Below are positions 48,375 to 58,191 of a stretch of DNA of 64,000 nucleotides, piece by piece. Numbering within the stretch: the first letter of the stretch is position 1; each line of letters starts with the position of its first letter. The stretch is from Gaiellales bacterium (lineage in GTDB: Bacteria; Actinomycetota; Thermoleophilia; Gaiellales; JAICJC01): contig JBBQUW010000010.1 of assembly GCA_038212095.1 (NCBI GenBank), positions 11,084 to 75,083 of the forward strand. The letters run 5' to 3'. Position numbers and translations under genes: made by a program. The notes under the pieces are model-generated. The model was not told where the DNA came from. It made no database searches and saw only the letters and a list, made by a program, of their open reading frames with translations.

Positions 48375-49940
48375 CTACGCGGCCAACCGCCGCGCCGCCT
48401 CGTCACTGGCGAAGATGGCACCGTCCAGATAGCACACCGCGCCCTGCTCGTCGCGGATCCCCCGCCCCTGCTCTCGCACCCAGCGCGTGCCGCCACCGGC
48501 CACGACGATCCGGTACTCGATGATGAACGGCCGGTCGGCCTCGACCGCCTCGGCCACGGTGCGCTCCACCATCGCCCGATCGTCGGGGTGGATCACGCTG
48601 GCGAAGCTGCGCACGCTGCTGTCGATGAACTCGGCGGCGGGGTACCCGGTGATGCCCTCGATCTGCTCGCTGATGAACTCCATCCGCCACTCGCTTGCGG
48701 CCGAGCAGCGGTAGATCGCGCCGGGCACGTTTTCGATCAGCGCCCGCAGCCGGTCTACGTCCCACTTGTCGTGGCGGCCGATGCCAAGGTGTTCGCGGCC
48801 GACCGCCATCACCCCGCTGACCTCGCCCTGCCCGTCGCGCAGCGGTACCACCTCGACGGTATAGGTGTGCTCCCCCGCCTCATGCACGAACTCGTGCGCC
48901 TGGCCCTCAAGGCCGGCTTGGTAGTGGCGGCGCAGCTCGTCCAGCTGCTCGGGCGCGACCACCTCGGCCAGCGTTCGGCCGATCATCTCCTGCGGATCGC
49001 GACCACCGCGGGCAAGCGCCGCACCCGAAGCCATCTCCAGGCGCAGCTCGCGGTCGAACACCAGGATCAGCGTCTCGGGCAGGCTGTCCAACAGCACACG
49101 GTTGCGCTCGGCAGCCTCGCGGTGCAGCCGTCCCACGATCTGCACCTCGACCTGCGACGCGGCGGCCGCGGCCAGGCTGGTCAGCATCCGCACGTCGCTC
49201 TGTGACCAGCGCCGCGGAGTCGTGTCGGCGACGCACAGGGTGCCAAAGGGCGCTCCGTCGCCGGAGATCAGCGGCAGCCCGACGTACGCCCGCAGACCAA
49301 ACTCGGTCACGGCCGGGTTGTCACGCACCAGCGGATCCTGGGCAGCGTCGAAGATCACGAGCGGCGCTGCGGCGGCCACGACGTGGCGGCAGATCGAGCG
49401 CCCCAGCGGCAGCTCGCGCCGCATCAGCGCGTCCGGCACGCCCACGCCGCTGGTGATCACCTCGGCGTGATCGTTGACCATCGAGACGAAGCTGATCGGC
49501 GCGTGTAGCAGCCATCCGGCCAGCGCGGTGAGGCGGTCGAGCCCCTCGTCGGTCTCGACCTCCCCCGGGCAACTGGAAGGCGGCAGAGCGTCAGCCGGCG
49601 CTGCGTCAGTATCGGCGGCGGCGGGCGACGGATCGCCGCCCTGCTTCCACTGCACCAGCCCCGAGAGCAGCGAGCCGACCACTCGCTGCGCCAGCGCCGG
49701 GTGCGGGAACGGCTTGTTCGCGTCGACCGAGTAGCGGTTGCGCCGCCCGATCCGCGTCCGCTGCACGTACCCCGCGGCGACCAGGTCGTTGACGATCGAC
49801 TGCACCGCCCGCTCGGTGATGCCCAGCCGCTGTGCGACCTCGCGCAGACGCACGTCCGGATCCTCGGCGATCGCGATCAGCGCCTGGCCGTGGTTGGTGA
49901 GCAGCACGAACGGCGCGGCGTGGGTAGATGCCTGACTCAT
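48375..49940 (-). CDS. transcriptional regulator: winged HTH (MarR/ArsR-like) + GAF + two PAS domains
   Basis: Trimmed to ATG 49940 (MSQASTHAAPFVLL...). HTH is VRLREVAQRLGITERAVQSIVNDLVAAGYVQRTRIGRRNRY. GAF-like segment is ...ICRHVVAAAAPLVIFDAAQDP...YVGLPL.... PAS blocks carry HPDD and EYRIV..GG.RWV. Confidence 0.8.
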   Translation of the reverse strand: MSQASTHAAPFVLLTNHGQALIAIAEDPDVRLREVAQRLGITERAVQSIVNDLVAAGYVQRTRIGRRNRYSVDANKPFPHPALAQRVVGSLLSGLVQWKQGGDPSPAAADTDAAPADALPPSSCPGEVETDEGLDRLTALAGWLLHAPISFVSMVNDHAEVITSGVGVPDALMRRELPLGRSICRHVVAAAAPLVIFDAAQDPLVRDNPAVTEFGLRAYVGLPLISGDGAPFGTLCVADTTPRRWSQSDVRMLTSLAAAAASQVEVQIVGRLHREAAERNRVLLDSLPETLILVFDRELRLEMASGAALARGGRDPQEMIGRTLAEVVAPEQLDELRRHYQAGLEGQAHEFVHEAGEHTYTVEVVPLRDGQGEVSGVMAVGREHLGIGRHDKWDVDRLRALIENVPGAIYRCSAASEWRMEFISEQIEGITGYPAAEFIDSSVRSFASVIHPDDRAMVERTVAEAVEADRPFIIEYRIVVAGGGTRWVREQGRGIRDEQGAVCYLDGAIFASDEAARRLAA

Positions 49941-50050
49941 GAAATGAAGATCACCTTTTTGGGGATGGTCGATCGGGAGCGTCCCGCACAGTATGTGTTG
50001 GACACCTGAACCCTTCTTCGGCATTTCAGGATCATCTTTCACTCCCCCTT

Positions 50051-50692
50051 TTGAAAGGAACGTCTTTGTTCGCTCCCCCCTCGCTCTCTGGCGCGTCTCG
50101 GAAGCTGCTGCTTTCGCTGGCCGCCGTTGGCTCCGCGGCCGCAATTGCCGGCCTCGGCACCTACGCAACGTTCACCAGCTCCACGTCCGTCAGCCAGTCG
50201 GTCGCATCCGGCACGGTCACGATCGCGCTCGGCTCGACCGGCGCGGCCACCAACCGGCTCAACATCGGCGCCTCCAACATCGCCGCCGGCGACACGATCC
50301 AGCGCAGCGTCGATCTGATCAACCAGGGCACGATCAACCTGTCCGCGGTGACGCTTACCACCAGCGCAACCACCAGCTCGCTGCTGAATACTGACACCAC
50401 CACCGGCCTGCAGATGGCGATCGACAGGTGCTCGGTGGCCTGGACCGAGAGCGGCACGGCGCCGGCCTATACCTACACCTGCTCCGGCACCACCTCAGTC
50501 GTGCTGGCGTCGACCCCGGTGGTCGGCAGCAACCTGGCGCTGTCCAACCTGGGCGCGCTGACGGCCGGCGTGACCGACCGACTGCGTGTCACGCTGACAC
50601 TGCCCAGCGGCGCCGCCAACGGGCTCCAGAGCCAGTCCTCGGTGATCCAGTACGCGTTCACCGGCACGCAGCGCACGGCCACGAACCAGTAG
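50051..50692 (+). CDS. TasA/camelysin-like exported protein with SipW-type signal peptide
   Basis: SRKLLLSLAAVGSAAAIAGLGTYATFTSSTSVSQSVASGTVTI followed by a Thr/Ser-rich beta-type body. TTG start at 50051 or 50066, no obvious SD. Confidence 0.7.
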   Translation: MKGTSLFAPPSLSGASRKLLLSLAAVGSAAAIAGLGTYATFTSSTSVSQSVASGTVTIALGSTGAATNRLNIGASNIAAGDTIQRSVDLINQGTINLSAVTLTTSATTSSLLNTDTTTGLQMAIDRCSVAWTESGTAPAYTYTCSGTTSVVLASTPVVGSNLALSNLGALTAGVTDRLRVTLTLPSGAANGLQSQSSVIQYAFTGTQRTATNQ

Positions 50693-50697
50693 TACCG

Positions 50698-51303
50698 GTG
50701 GCTGTGAGCGAACCGCTAAGGGGAAGGGAGGCGTCGCCGCTGGCGGCGCTTCCCCGCGGCGTTCCGGCACTGGCCGGGGCGCTGCGCACCTCCCTGAACT
50801 TCGCCGCCACGTTGCTGGCGGTGACCGCGGTGGCCGCCCTGGTGGCGGTCGAGGTGGGGCCACGGCTGGGCCTGTACCGCATCCAGACCGTGCTGTCGGG
50901 CAGCATGCAGCCGACCTTCGCGCCCGGCGACCTGATCGTGGTGACGCCTGAGAACACGTCCAGCGTCCGCACCGGACAGGTGATCAGCTACCAGATCCCG
51001 ACGGGCGATCACCATGTCGAGAGCCACCGTGTGATCAAGATCGGCCACGACGGTGGCCGGCCGACGGTGATCACCAAGGACGACGCGAACCCTGCCGCCG
51101 ATCCGTGGCGGGCCAGGCTGACGTCCGACACCGCTTGGCGTGAGCGGCTGGTGATCCCCAAGCTGGGATGGCTGATCATCTGGCTGCGCCAGCCCTTGCT
51201 GGGGCACCTGCTGGTGCTGGTCGTGCCGTTCCTGCTGGCGGTATGGTGGCTGGTGGGCATCTGGCGCCCAAGCTCGCCGCCGCAGCGGCAGACCGCGCGA
51301 TGA
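50698..51303 (+). CDS. signal peptidase I, SipW / archaeal-ER (S26B) type
   Basis: Start at GTG 50698. TM anchor, then the catalytic Ser box VLSGSMQPTFAPGDLIVV and later HRVIKI...TKDDANPAADP. A second C-terminal TM helix is typical of SipW. The stop overlaps the next start as ATGA. Confidence 0.85.
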   Translation: MAVSEPLRGREASPLAALPRGVPALAGALRTSLNFAATLLAVTAVAALVAVEVGPRLGLYRIQTVLSGSMQPTFAPGDLIVVTPENTSSVRTGQVISYQIPTGDHHVESHRVIKIGHDGGRPTVITKDDANPAADPWRARLTSDTAWRERLVIPKLGWLIIWLRQPLLGHLLVLVVPFLLAVWWLVGIWRPSSPPQRQTAR

Positions 51304-52187
51304 AGGGGCGCCGGCCGACGCTGGTGGGCGTGGCCCTGCTGACCGCGACCGCCGTCTCGGCCGTCGCAGCCAACTTCGCACAGGCCGCCTTCAGCTCGGC
51401 TGCCACGGCCAGCCAGAGCGTGTCCAGCCGCTCGCTGGGCGCCCCGTCCGCGCTGTCCGCCTCGGCCAGCGGGCACAACGTCGCCCTCTCCTGGTCGGCC
51501 GGCACCAACGGCAACGGCTACCAGCTGCTGACCGCTGCGAACGGCACCAACCCGGCCTGCGGCGCCGCCAGCTTCACCTCGCTCTCGACGACGGCCGCGC
51601 TCAGCGCCACCGATAGCGGCCGCTACCTGCCGCAGGGCAGCTACCAGTGCTACCAGGTGCGCACGACCTACAACACCTGGTGGAGCGTGAGCGGCAACCC
51701 GATCGCCGCCGTCCAGCTCGGCTTCGTCGCCGCCTCGGTCACGGTCACCAGCGGCGGCGTGGCCGGTGACCTCGACGCCGGCGACTCGATCGTCGTCACC
51801 TACAACCAGCCGGTCAACACCACCACCGGCCCGGTCGCCGCCGACAACATCTGCACCGACTCGATCAGCAACACGATCGTGCTGGGCAGCAACGGCTCCG
51901 GCACCACCTGTAACGCGACGCCCGCCTCGGTCGGCACGATCACCGGCATGACGGTGGCCAAGAAGGGCCGCTTCGCCGCAACCTGGTCGTGGAACGGCGC
52001 GCACACGGTGCTGACGATCACGCTCGGCGCCAAGTCGGCCGGTTTCTCGGGCGCCGTCTCTGGCAGCGGCACCTTCAACCCCACCACCACCGCCGGCGGC
52101 ATGCTCTCGGCCACCGGCGCGTTCCACAACTGCGACACAAACAGCGGCAGCGGCAACTGCCTGCCCGCCGTCAGCGCCGGCTTCTGA
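51300..52187 (+). CDS. exported protein with SipW-type signal and FN3-like domain
   Basis: Trimmed to ATG 51300. MKGRRPTLVGVALLTATAVSAVAANFAQAAFSSAATASQSVSS repeats the (A/T)F(T/S)S..(A/V)SQSV(A/S)S motif of the 50051 product. Followed by APSALSASASGHNVALSWSAGTNGNGYQL (FN3-like). Confidence 0.65.
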   Translation: MKGRRPTLVGVALLTATAVSAVAANFAQAAFSSAATASQSVSSRSLGAPSALSASASGHNVALSWSAGTNGNGYQLLTAANGTNPACGAASFTSLSTTAALSATDSGRYLPQGSYQCYQVRTTYNTWWSVSGNPIAAVQLGFVAASVTVTSGGVAGDLDAGDSIVVTYNQPVNTTTGPVAADNICTDSISNTIVLGSNGSGTTCNATPASVGTITGMTVAKKGRFAATWSWNGAHTVLTITLGAKSAGFSGAVSGSGTFNPTTTAGGMLSATGAFHNCDTNSGSGNCLPAVSAGF

Positions 52188-52245
52188 TCGCATCTCGGCG
52201 ATCCCCCATCAGAGGGACGCCGCAGACGCAACATGCCGCCACCAT

Positions 52246-53346
52246 GTGACAGCGCGTATACCCGACGCGCCCCGCTCCCGATCTGACGAGACGATCTGCA
52301 TGCACCCCAAGGTTCGTCGATACGCCACCACACCCGAACGCGGCCAGACCGTCGTTTTGGTCGCGGTGTTCATGATGAGCCTGATGGGCATGGCCACGTT
52401 CGCGATCGACATGGGCTCCTGGTACCAGTCCAAGCGGGCGGTGCAGGCCGCCGCCGACGCGGCCGCGCTTGCAGGGGCCAGCCGTCTGCCCGTCTCGAGC
52501 AGCGCCGCGACCACCGCGGCCAGCGCTGAGTACCAGAAGAACGGCCTGGGCTCGGACTCGGTCAGCTACCAGGTGACCACCAACCAGCACTCCAGCGACT
52601 CGCTCACGGTGACGGCCACCCGCGTCGTGCCGACCTGGTTCGCGAAGCTGTTCGGCTACAACTCGACCACCATCACGGCCACCTCACGCGCGACGGTGCA
52701 GTCGTTCCAGCAGGTTGTACCCAACCAGAACGTGATGCCGTGGGGCGTCCTGTAGGGCGCCTACACGCCCGGCCAATCATTCCCGATCTACACCAAGGAC
52801 ACCGCCAACGCCAACAACGGCGCGCTGTCGCCGCCGTACGTCAGCGGCGCCAGCTGCCCGACGCCGAACGGCGCGAATGACTACAAGAACGAGATCAGCG
52901 GCGTCGACAACGTCTGCCCGATCACGCTCGGCGAGTCTATCGACACCAAGCCCGGCAACAACTCCGGCCCAACGTCACAGGGACTGGTCGCCCGGATCGG
53001 CAACGGCGGCTGGGAGACGTTCAGCCAGGTCGTCACGCTGAACGCCGACGGCAGCTACTCGATCAAGGATGCGGCCAGCAAGCAGCTCGTCCTGGTGCCC
53101 GTCGTCGTCAACCAGAACGGGTCGAGCACGTGGCCGAACGGCACCAGCACACCGATGACGGTGGTCGGTTTCGCCTGGTTTGTGATCACCAGCTGCGGCA
53201 CCTCGCCGGTCAGCTACTGCGCGGCGTCCGACGGCAGCCAGGTCAACGGCACCTTCGTTGGGCTCGATACCACCAACAGCACCGGCACCACCGGTGCCTG
53301 GACCGGTTCGGCCGCCGACGCCTACGCCGTCGCCCTGACCAGCTAG
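52246..53346 (+). pseudogene. TadE/TadG-like pseudopilin-family protein interrupted by an in-frame TAG at 52753-52755
   Basis: N-terminus (likely ATG 52300) MHPKVRRYATTPERGQTVVLVAVFMMSLMGMATFAIDMGSWYQSKRAVQAAADAAALAGA is the Tad (PF13400-type) pattern. After ...NVMPWGVL-TAG the same frame stays open with GC-rich third positions for 113 codons that contain no ATG, GTG or TTG, and continues to TAG 53346. Confidence 0.65.
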
Positions 53347-56300
53347 GCGTCCACCGCCACCGGCTGCTCCCCGGCCGGCTCGGCCGGTAGCGGCTCGGCC
53401 GGCAGCGTCAGCTGGAAGCGCGCGCCCTGGCCGGGCGCGGAGTCGACCATCAGCTCGCCGCCGGCCAGCCGGATCCGCTCGACGGTGGCGTCCAGGCCGA
53501 CGTGCATCTCCATCCGCTTGCGGTCGAGCGCGACGGCGGGGTCAAAGCCGGCGCCGTCGTCGGCCACGTCGAACACCAGCAGCCCGTCTTGCTGGCGGCC
53601 GGTGATCTCGATCCGCGTCGCGTTGCTGTGCTTGCGGGCGTTGATGATCAGCTCACGCACCGCCCGGTAAACGATCGCCTCAACCGTCACCGATTGTCGC
53701 GGCAGCTCGATCGCGACCACCGCCTCACTCCAAGGCCCTTCCCCGGCGATGCGAGACAGCGCCGCGCCCAGCCCCTCCCGCTCCAGGATCTGCGGCCGCA
53801 GCTCGAACATCAGCCGCCGCGTGCGGTCGAGCGCTTCAGCCACCATGGTAGCGGTCGGCGCGAGGCTGGGATCCTTGCGCATCAGCATGTGCACCTGCAT
53901 CAGCAGCGCCGCCATCACCTGCACCGTGTCGTCGTGCAGCTCGACGGCGATCCGCGCCTGCTCGGCCTCGGCGGCGGTCACCAACGCGGCCATCACGTCG
54001 CGGCTGCGCCGCTCAGCGCGGCGCAGGTCTGTCAGGTCGACGATCACGCCCTGGGTGTGGGTGACGACGCCGCTTTGGTCGCGGAGGGCGCGGGCGACCA
54101 GCTGCACCTCGCGGACGTCGCCGGTGGCGGTGATCATGCGTGCCGAGTGGTCGACCGAGTCGACGGCACCGCTCACCAGATCCCGCAGCGTCTGCGCCAG
54201 CCGATCGTGGTCGTCGGGGTGGTACGTCTCGCGCAGCCGCGGCTCGATCTGCTCGTACTGGCGCAGGTACTGCTGCGGCGGAATTCCTAGCAGCCGCTCG
54301 ACCTGCGAGCTGATGTAGATCATGCGCCCGTCGGCGTCGGTCAGGTACGTCGTCACCGGCGTCTGCTCGACCAGCGCCGAGTAGCGCCGTTCGCTGGCCT
54401 CCAGCTCGGCTCGCGCCGCCACCTCGTCGGTGACGTCGATCATGACGCCCTGCACCTGCACCGAGCCGGCGTCGTCCTTGAGCGCGCGCGCGATCATCCG
54501 CACGTGCCGGTGCGATCCGTCGGCGTGGAACATGCGCGCCTCAAAGCTGTGGCCATCGATGCGGCCCTCGCGCAGGGCGATGGTGTCATCCATCAGCCGC
54601 TCGACGTCGTCCGGGTGGAACCACTCCACCTGCCGCTCCAGCGAGCTGCCGTCGGCCACCAGCCACTCGGGCGTGCGCCCCAGGATCTGCTCGGCCTGCG
54701 GGCTGGCGTAGGTGAGTGCGCCGTCCTGGCCGATGATGTACGTGGCCACCGGCAGCTGCTCGACCAGCGTCTGGTAGCGCCGCCGCTGCTCGGCCAGCCC
54801 GAGCGCTGCCTCCATCTCGGCCGTGACGTCGAACAGCAGCGCGATGTACTCGCTGTCTGAGCCGGGCCGCGGGCTGGTGGTCTCGCGGATCCAGATCGTG
54901 CGACCATCGCTGCGCGTCCAGCGGTACACGCCCGGCGCGGGATCGTCGGCCGGGCGCCAGCGGGTGGCATCGGCCAGTCGTCGGGGTGCACGCGCGACCG
55001 GAAGCGGGCGACCGCCTCGCCGCCCAGCCACACCTCGCGCGGCTCGCCGGTCAGCTGCTCGATCTGGGGTGATGCGAACACCGCCCACTCGGTGTCGCGG
55101 TCCCAGATCGTGCTGGTAGCCGGCATCCGGTTGATCAGGTCCTCGTAGCGCCGCTCGGCGAGCACCCGATCGTGGATGTCCATGATGATCGCGTGGCGCC
55201 AGCGCGGAACGCCGTGCTCGTCCGGCACGGTGGTGGCCTGCTCCTGCATCCAGCGGTAGCTGCCGTCGCGGCACCGCACGCGGTAGCTGGCGGTGAACTC
55301 ACCCGAGGTGGTGCGGCCGTCCACGATGCCGCTGGCACGGATCCGCTCGGGCAGGTCGTCGGGATGGATCTTCTCGTGCCACCACTCGGCGCTGTGGCCG
55401 CCCGCCATCCACTCGTCGACGGTGTAGCCGAGCATCGACTCGATCTGGGGGCTGACGAACAGCGGCTGCCCGGTCTGGGTGTCGTCGCGGTAGACGATCA
55501 GCGGCAGCTGTTCGACCAGGTGGCGGTAGATGGTGCTGGTCTCTGACAGCTCCTGGGCGGTGGCGACGGCGTCGCTGACGTCGAACGCGACGCCCATCCA
55601 GAGGTGGTCTGAGCCCTGGATCGGCCGCTCGGCGCCAGCCACCCAGATCTCGCGGTCGTCGCCGCACGTCCAGCGGTAGCGCTCCGCCCACGGCGTGCCT
55701 GTCGCCATCGAGCGGTGCCAGGCCGAGGTCACCCGCTCGCGATCGTCCTCGTGCACGCGCGACACCCAATCGAAGCTCTCGCTCTCGACCTGTTCGCGGC
55801 TGAGGCCGTACATCTCGAGGTACTGAGGGCTGACGTAGGTGCGCCGCTTCAGGCGGGCGTCGTAGACGTGGGTGGCGGCCGGGATCTGCTCGATCAGCGT
55901 CTGGTGCTCGGCGGTGCGCGTCCGCAACCGGCGGCGGGCACGGCGGCGGTCGGCCAGCATCGCCACCACCAGCAGGGCCGCCAGGCCGTCCAGCGTCAGC
56001 ACGACGATCAGCGCACCCCGCTCGATCCGGTTCAGCGAGTCGAGCGCGGCGATCCGCTCAGCGCTGGTGTCGGCCACCAACCGGCTCGACGTCTGCGCCA
56101 TCTGGTGGTAAATCGCCGTCTCGGGCGCGATCGCCAGCTGCACCGCGGCAGCGTGGTCACCCCGCTGGATGGCCGCGAACACCTGCACATCCAGCGCCCG
56201 GAACCGGGTCGTATCGCGGGTCAGGGCGCGCAGTAGCGTCCTGTCAGCGGCCGACGAGTCGGCCAGCCGTGCCGCCGCCAGGCCGAGCTGGACCGCCGCT

Positions 56301-56595
56301 GCGAGGCCTCGAAGCTGCTGCGGCTGGCGCCACCGTCCAGCACGTACAGGTTCTGGGCGCCGTTCATGTCGGCGACGTCGAACTGCAGCTGTTGGGCGGC
56401 CGTCAGCGAGCTGGTGGCCTGGTCGTGCAGCGTCGAATCAGCCCGCTGAATGGCCACGAACGCGACCAGGTTGACGACCGCCATCGCGACGATCACCGCG
56501 ATCGCGGCGACGAACGTGCGGCTGGGCTGCTCCGCGCCGGGCGCCGCGTCGGGGCGGGAGGATGGTCGGCGAAAGAGGCGGTCAGGGAGCGTCAC
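53343..56595 (-). pseudogene. membrane sensor histidine kinase (N-terminal helical sensor, at least 4 PAS domains, HisKA_3 + HATPase_c) broken by two -1 frameshifts
   Basis: Three track ORFs (56221-56595, 54593-56188, 53343-55274) join into one protein if 1 nt is restored near 56305 and 1 nt near 54976. 3253+2 nt is divisible by 3. The C-terminus has EQARIAVELHDDTVQ (HisKA_3 H-box) and RELIINARKH...DDGAGF...GQGARF. Confidence 0.75.
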
Positions 56596-56642
56596 GGCAG
56601 CACCACGATCCTACCGGTTCTGGCGCGGATTGCAGCGGTTTT

Positions 56643-57638
56643 CTAGGCCGCCGCGGCCCGCGTTGCGTCGCCGCTCAGCGCCCGCGCCGTGAGCACGGTA
56701 AAGAGGGTCGAGAACAGCGTCTGGTAGATCGTCACCAGCAGGGAGATCACGATGCCAAGGGCGATCCAGATGCCACCCTGCGAGAAGAGCAGGTTGGTCA
56801 CCTGTGACGCCACGCCGCCGGCGATCGAGATCACGATCGTGAGCCCGATGAACGCCCATGCCTGGCCGATCGTGGGATGCACGGCGCCCCAGCACTCGCC
56901 GAAGGGCCGGTCGTCGACCACCATCAGCATGACGGCCAGGGTCGCGCGCACTCCAAGCGGAGCAACCCACTGGATCACCAGCCAGATGCTGACCGGGATC
57001 ACGATCACGAGCAGCAGCGGCAGGACTCTCACCAGCACCACCACGATCACGATCCACAGGATCCACGCCACCATCGCCAGCAGCGCCAGCGTGACGCCCC
57101 AGCCGATCGCTCGGCGGGCCGCCCGCAGCAGCACGCGCGGCCCCGGCCACAGGCGGTAGCGGTCGTCGGCCAGGTATGCCGCCGCCCTCGCCGTCATCAC
57201 CCAGCCCAGGATCAGCGCCAGGATGTACGCCACCACTGTGGCAACAGCGACCGGCACCAGCAGCGACCACTCGGGATCGATACGCAGCAGGTCACAGCCG
57301 GGCACCTGCTGCAACGTCGAGCTGCCGTACGTCGTGTGGGTGTGGACGAGGCAGTTGGTGTTGACGATCCGCCGTGGCCACAGCGTGCCGAAGCCGGCCA
57401 GCACCGTCAGCGCCAGCCCGACCGCGACCACCAGGTAGCCGAGCAGCGTCGCCGCCAGCACGGTCGGCACAGAGACGCGGCTTCTGCGCGAGAACAGTCC
57501 ACTGGCCGCCGACCCGAACGCGCCGGTCAGTGACCGCCGCGGCCACGAGGGGTCGGTCGGCTCGCCGTAGGAGGCGCCGCAGGTGGGACAGAAGCGGGCA
57601 TCGTCCGGCCGCTGGGTTCCGCAATGCTGGCAGTACAC
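56643..57638 (-). CDS. zinc-ribbon-containing polytopic membrane protein
   Basis: MYCQHCGTQRPDDARFCPTCG zinc ribbon followed by about 6 hydrophobic helices. Confidence 0.7.
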   Translation of the reverse strand: MYCQHCGTQRPDDARFCPTCGASYGEPTDPSWPRRSLTGAFGSAASGLFSRRSRVSVPTVLAATLLGYLVVAVGLALTVLAGFGTLWPRRIVNTNCLVHTHTTYGSSTLQQVPGCDLLRIDPEWSLLVPVAVATVVAYILALILGWVMTARAAAYLADDRYRLWPGPRVLLRAARRAIGWGVTLALLAMVAWILWIVIVVVLVRVLPLLLVIVIPVSIWLVIQWVAPLGVRATLAVMLMVVDDRPFGECWGAVHPTIGQAWAFIGLTIVISIAGGVASQVTNLLFSQGGIWIALGIVISLLVTIYQTLFSTLFTVLTARALSGDATRAAAA

Positions 57639-58191
57639 CGGGTAAGCATGGTGGCGATGCCGGACGTACGCCCTCCCCCATCGCGGGGATGGCCTGTCTG
57701 GCCGGGCGGGTGCCCAATGGAAGCGTCATCATGGTGCACCTGTTCTCACTCCCCGTCGTGCTGTTGCTGGGCCTGGTCGGCCTGGGGCTCTCGCTGGCCG
57801 AGGGCGCAAGCGCGGCTCCTGGCGCCAGATGGTCGATTCCATGGGATGTGTGGTTGCTGGACGCAGGATGGGGTGTTCCAGACGGCGGGAGCGCCTGCAG
57901 TGCAGGCTGGACGAAGCCTGTGCAAAGGCGATCGTGACGTCTGGGACGGCCCAGACCAGTGCCACAGCCGCGCAGCTCGTGGAATCAATCATCTAGGCGC
58001 GTCCGCTCGGCGTCGTTCTGGATCTCGGTCGTGCTGTGCGGCCTGGCCGGCGGGCTGATCGGTGGCGTGGTGAACGTGGGCGCCTACTCGCTGGGCCGCA
58101 GGATGTTCTCCGCCTGACGTCCGGCACCGCGCGTCTCAGGCCCGCCGCCGGCATCAGATGTGTCAGAGCGCGCGTCGCGGACGATACCGCG

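Noticed and set aside
52753-52755. Reading the in-frame TAG in the TadG-like gene as a recoded sense codon (pyrrolysine or amber reassignment).
   Set aside because: rplT (8905), rpmI (9279) and infC (9486) all terminate at TAG in this same window, so TAG is an ordinary stop here. No pyl genes were seen.
57640-58190. Small ORFs in the gap after the zinc-ribbon membrane gene. Examples: ATG 57731-57937 (68 aa, signal-like MVHLFSLPVVLLLGLVGLGLSLAEGASA) and a GTG-started ~52-aa ORF ending at about 58116 with a TM helix (FWISVVLCGLAGGLIGGVVNVGAY).
   Set aside because: Each is short, lacks an SD and has no recognisable family. They are plausible micro-proteins or remnants but are not reportable as features.
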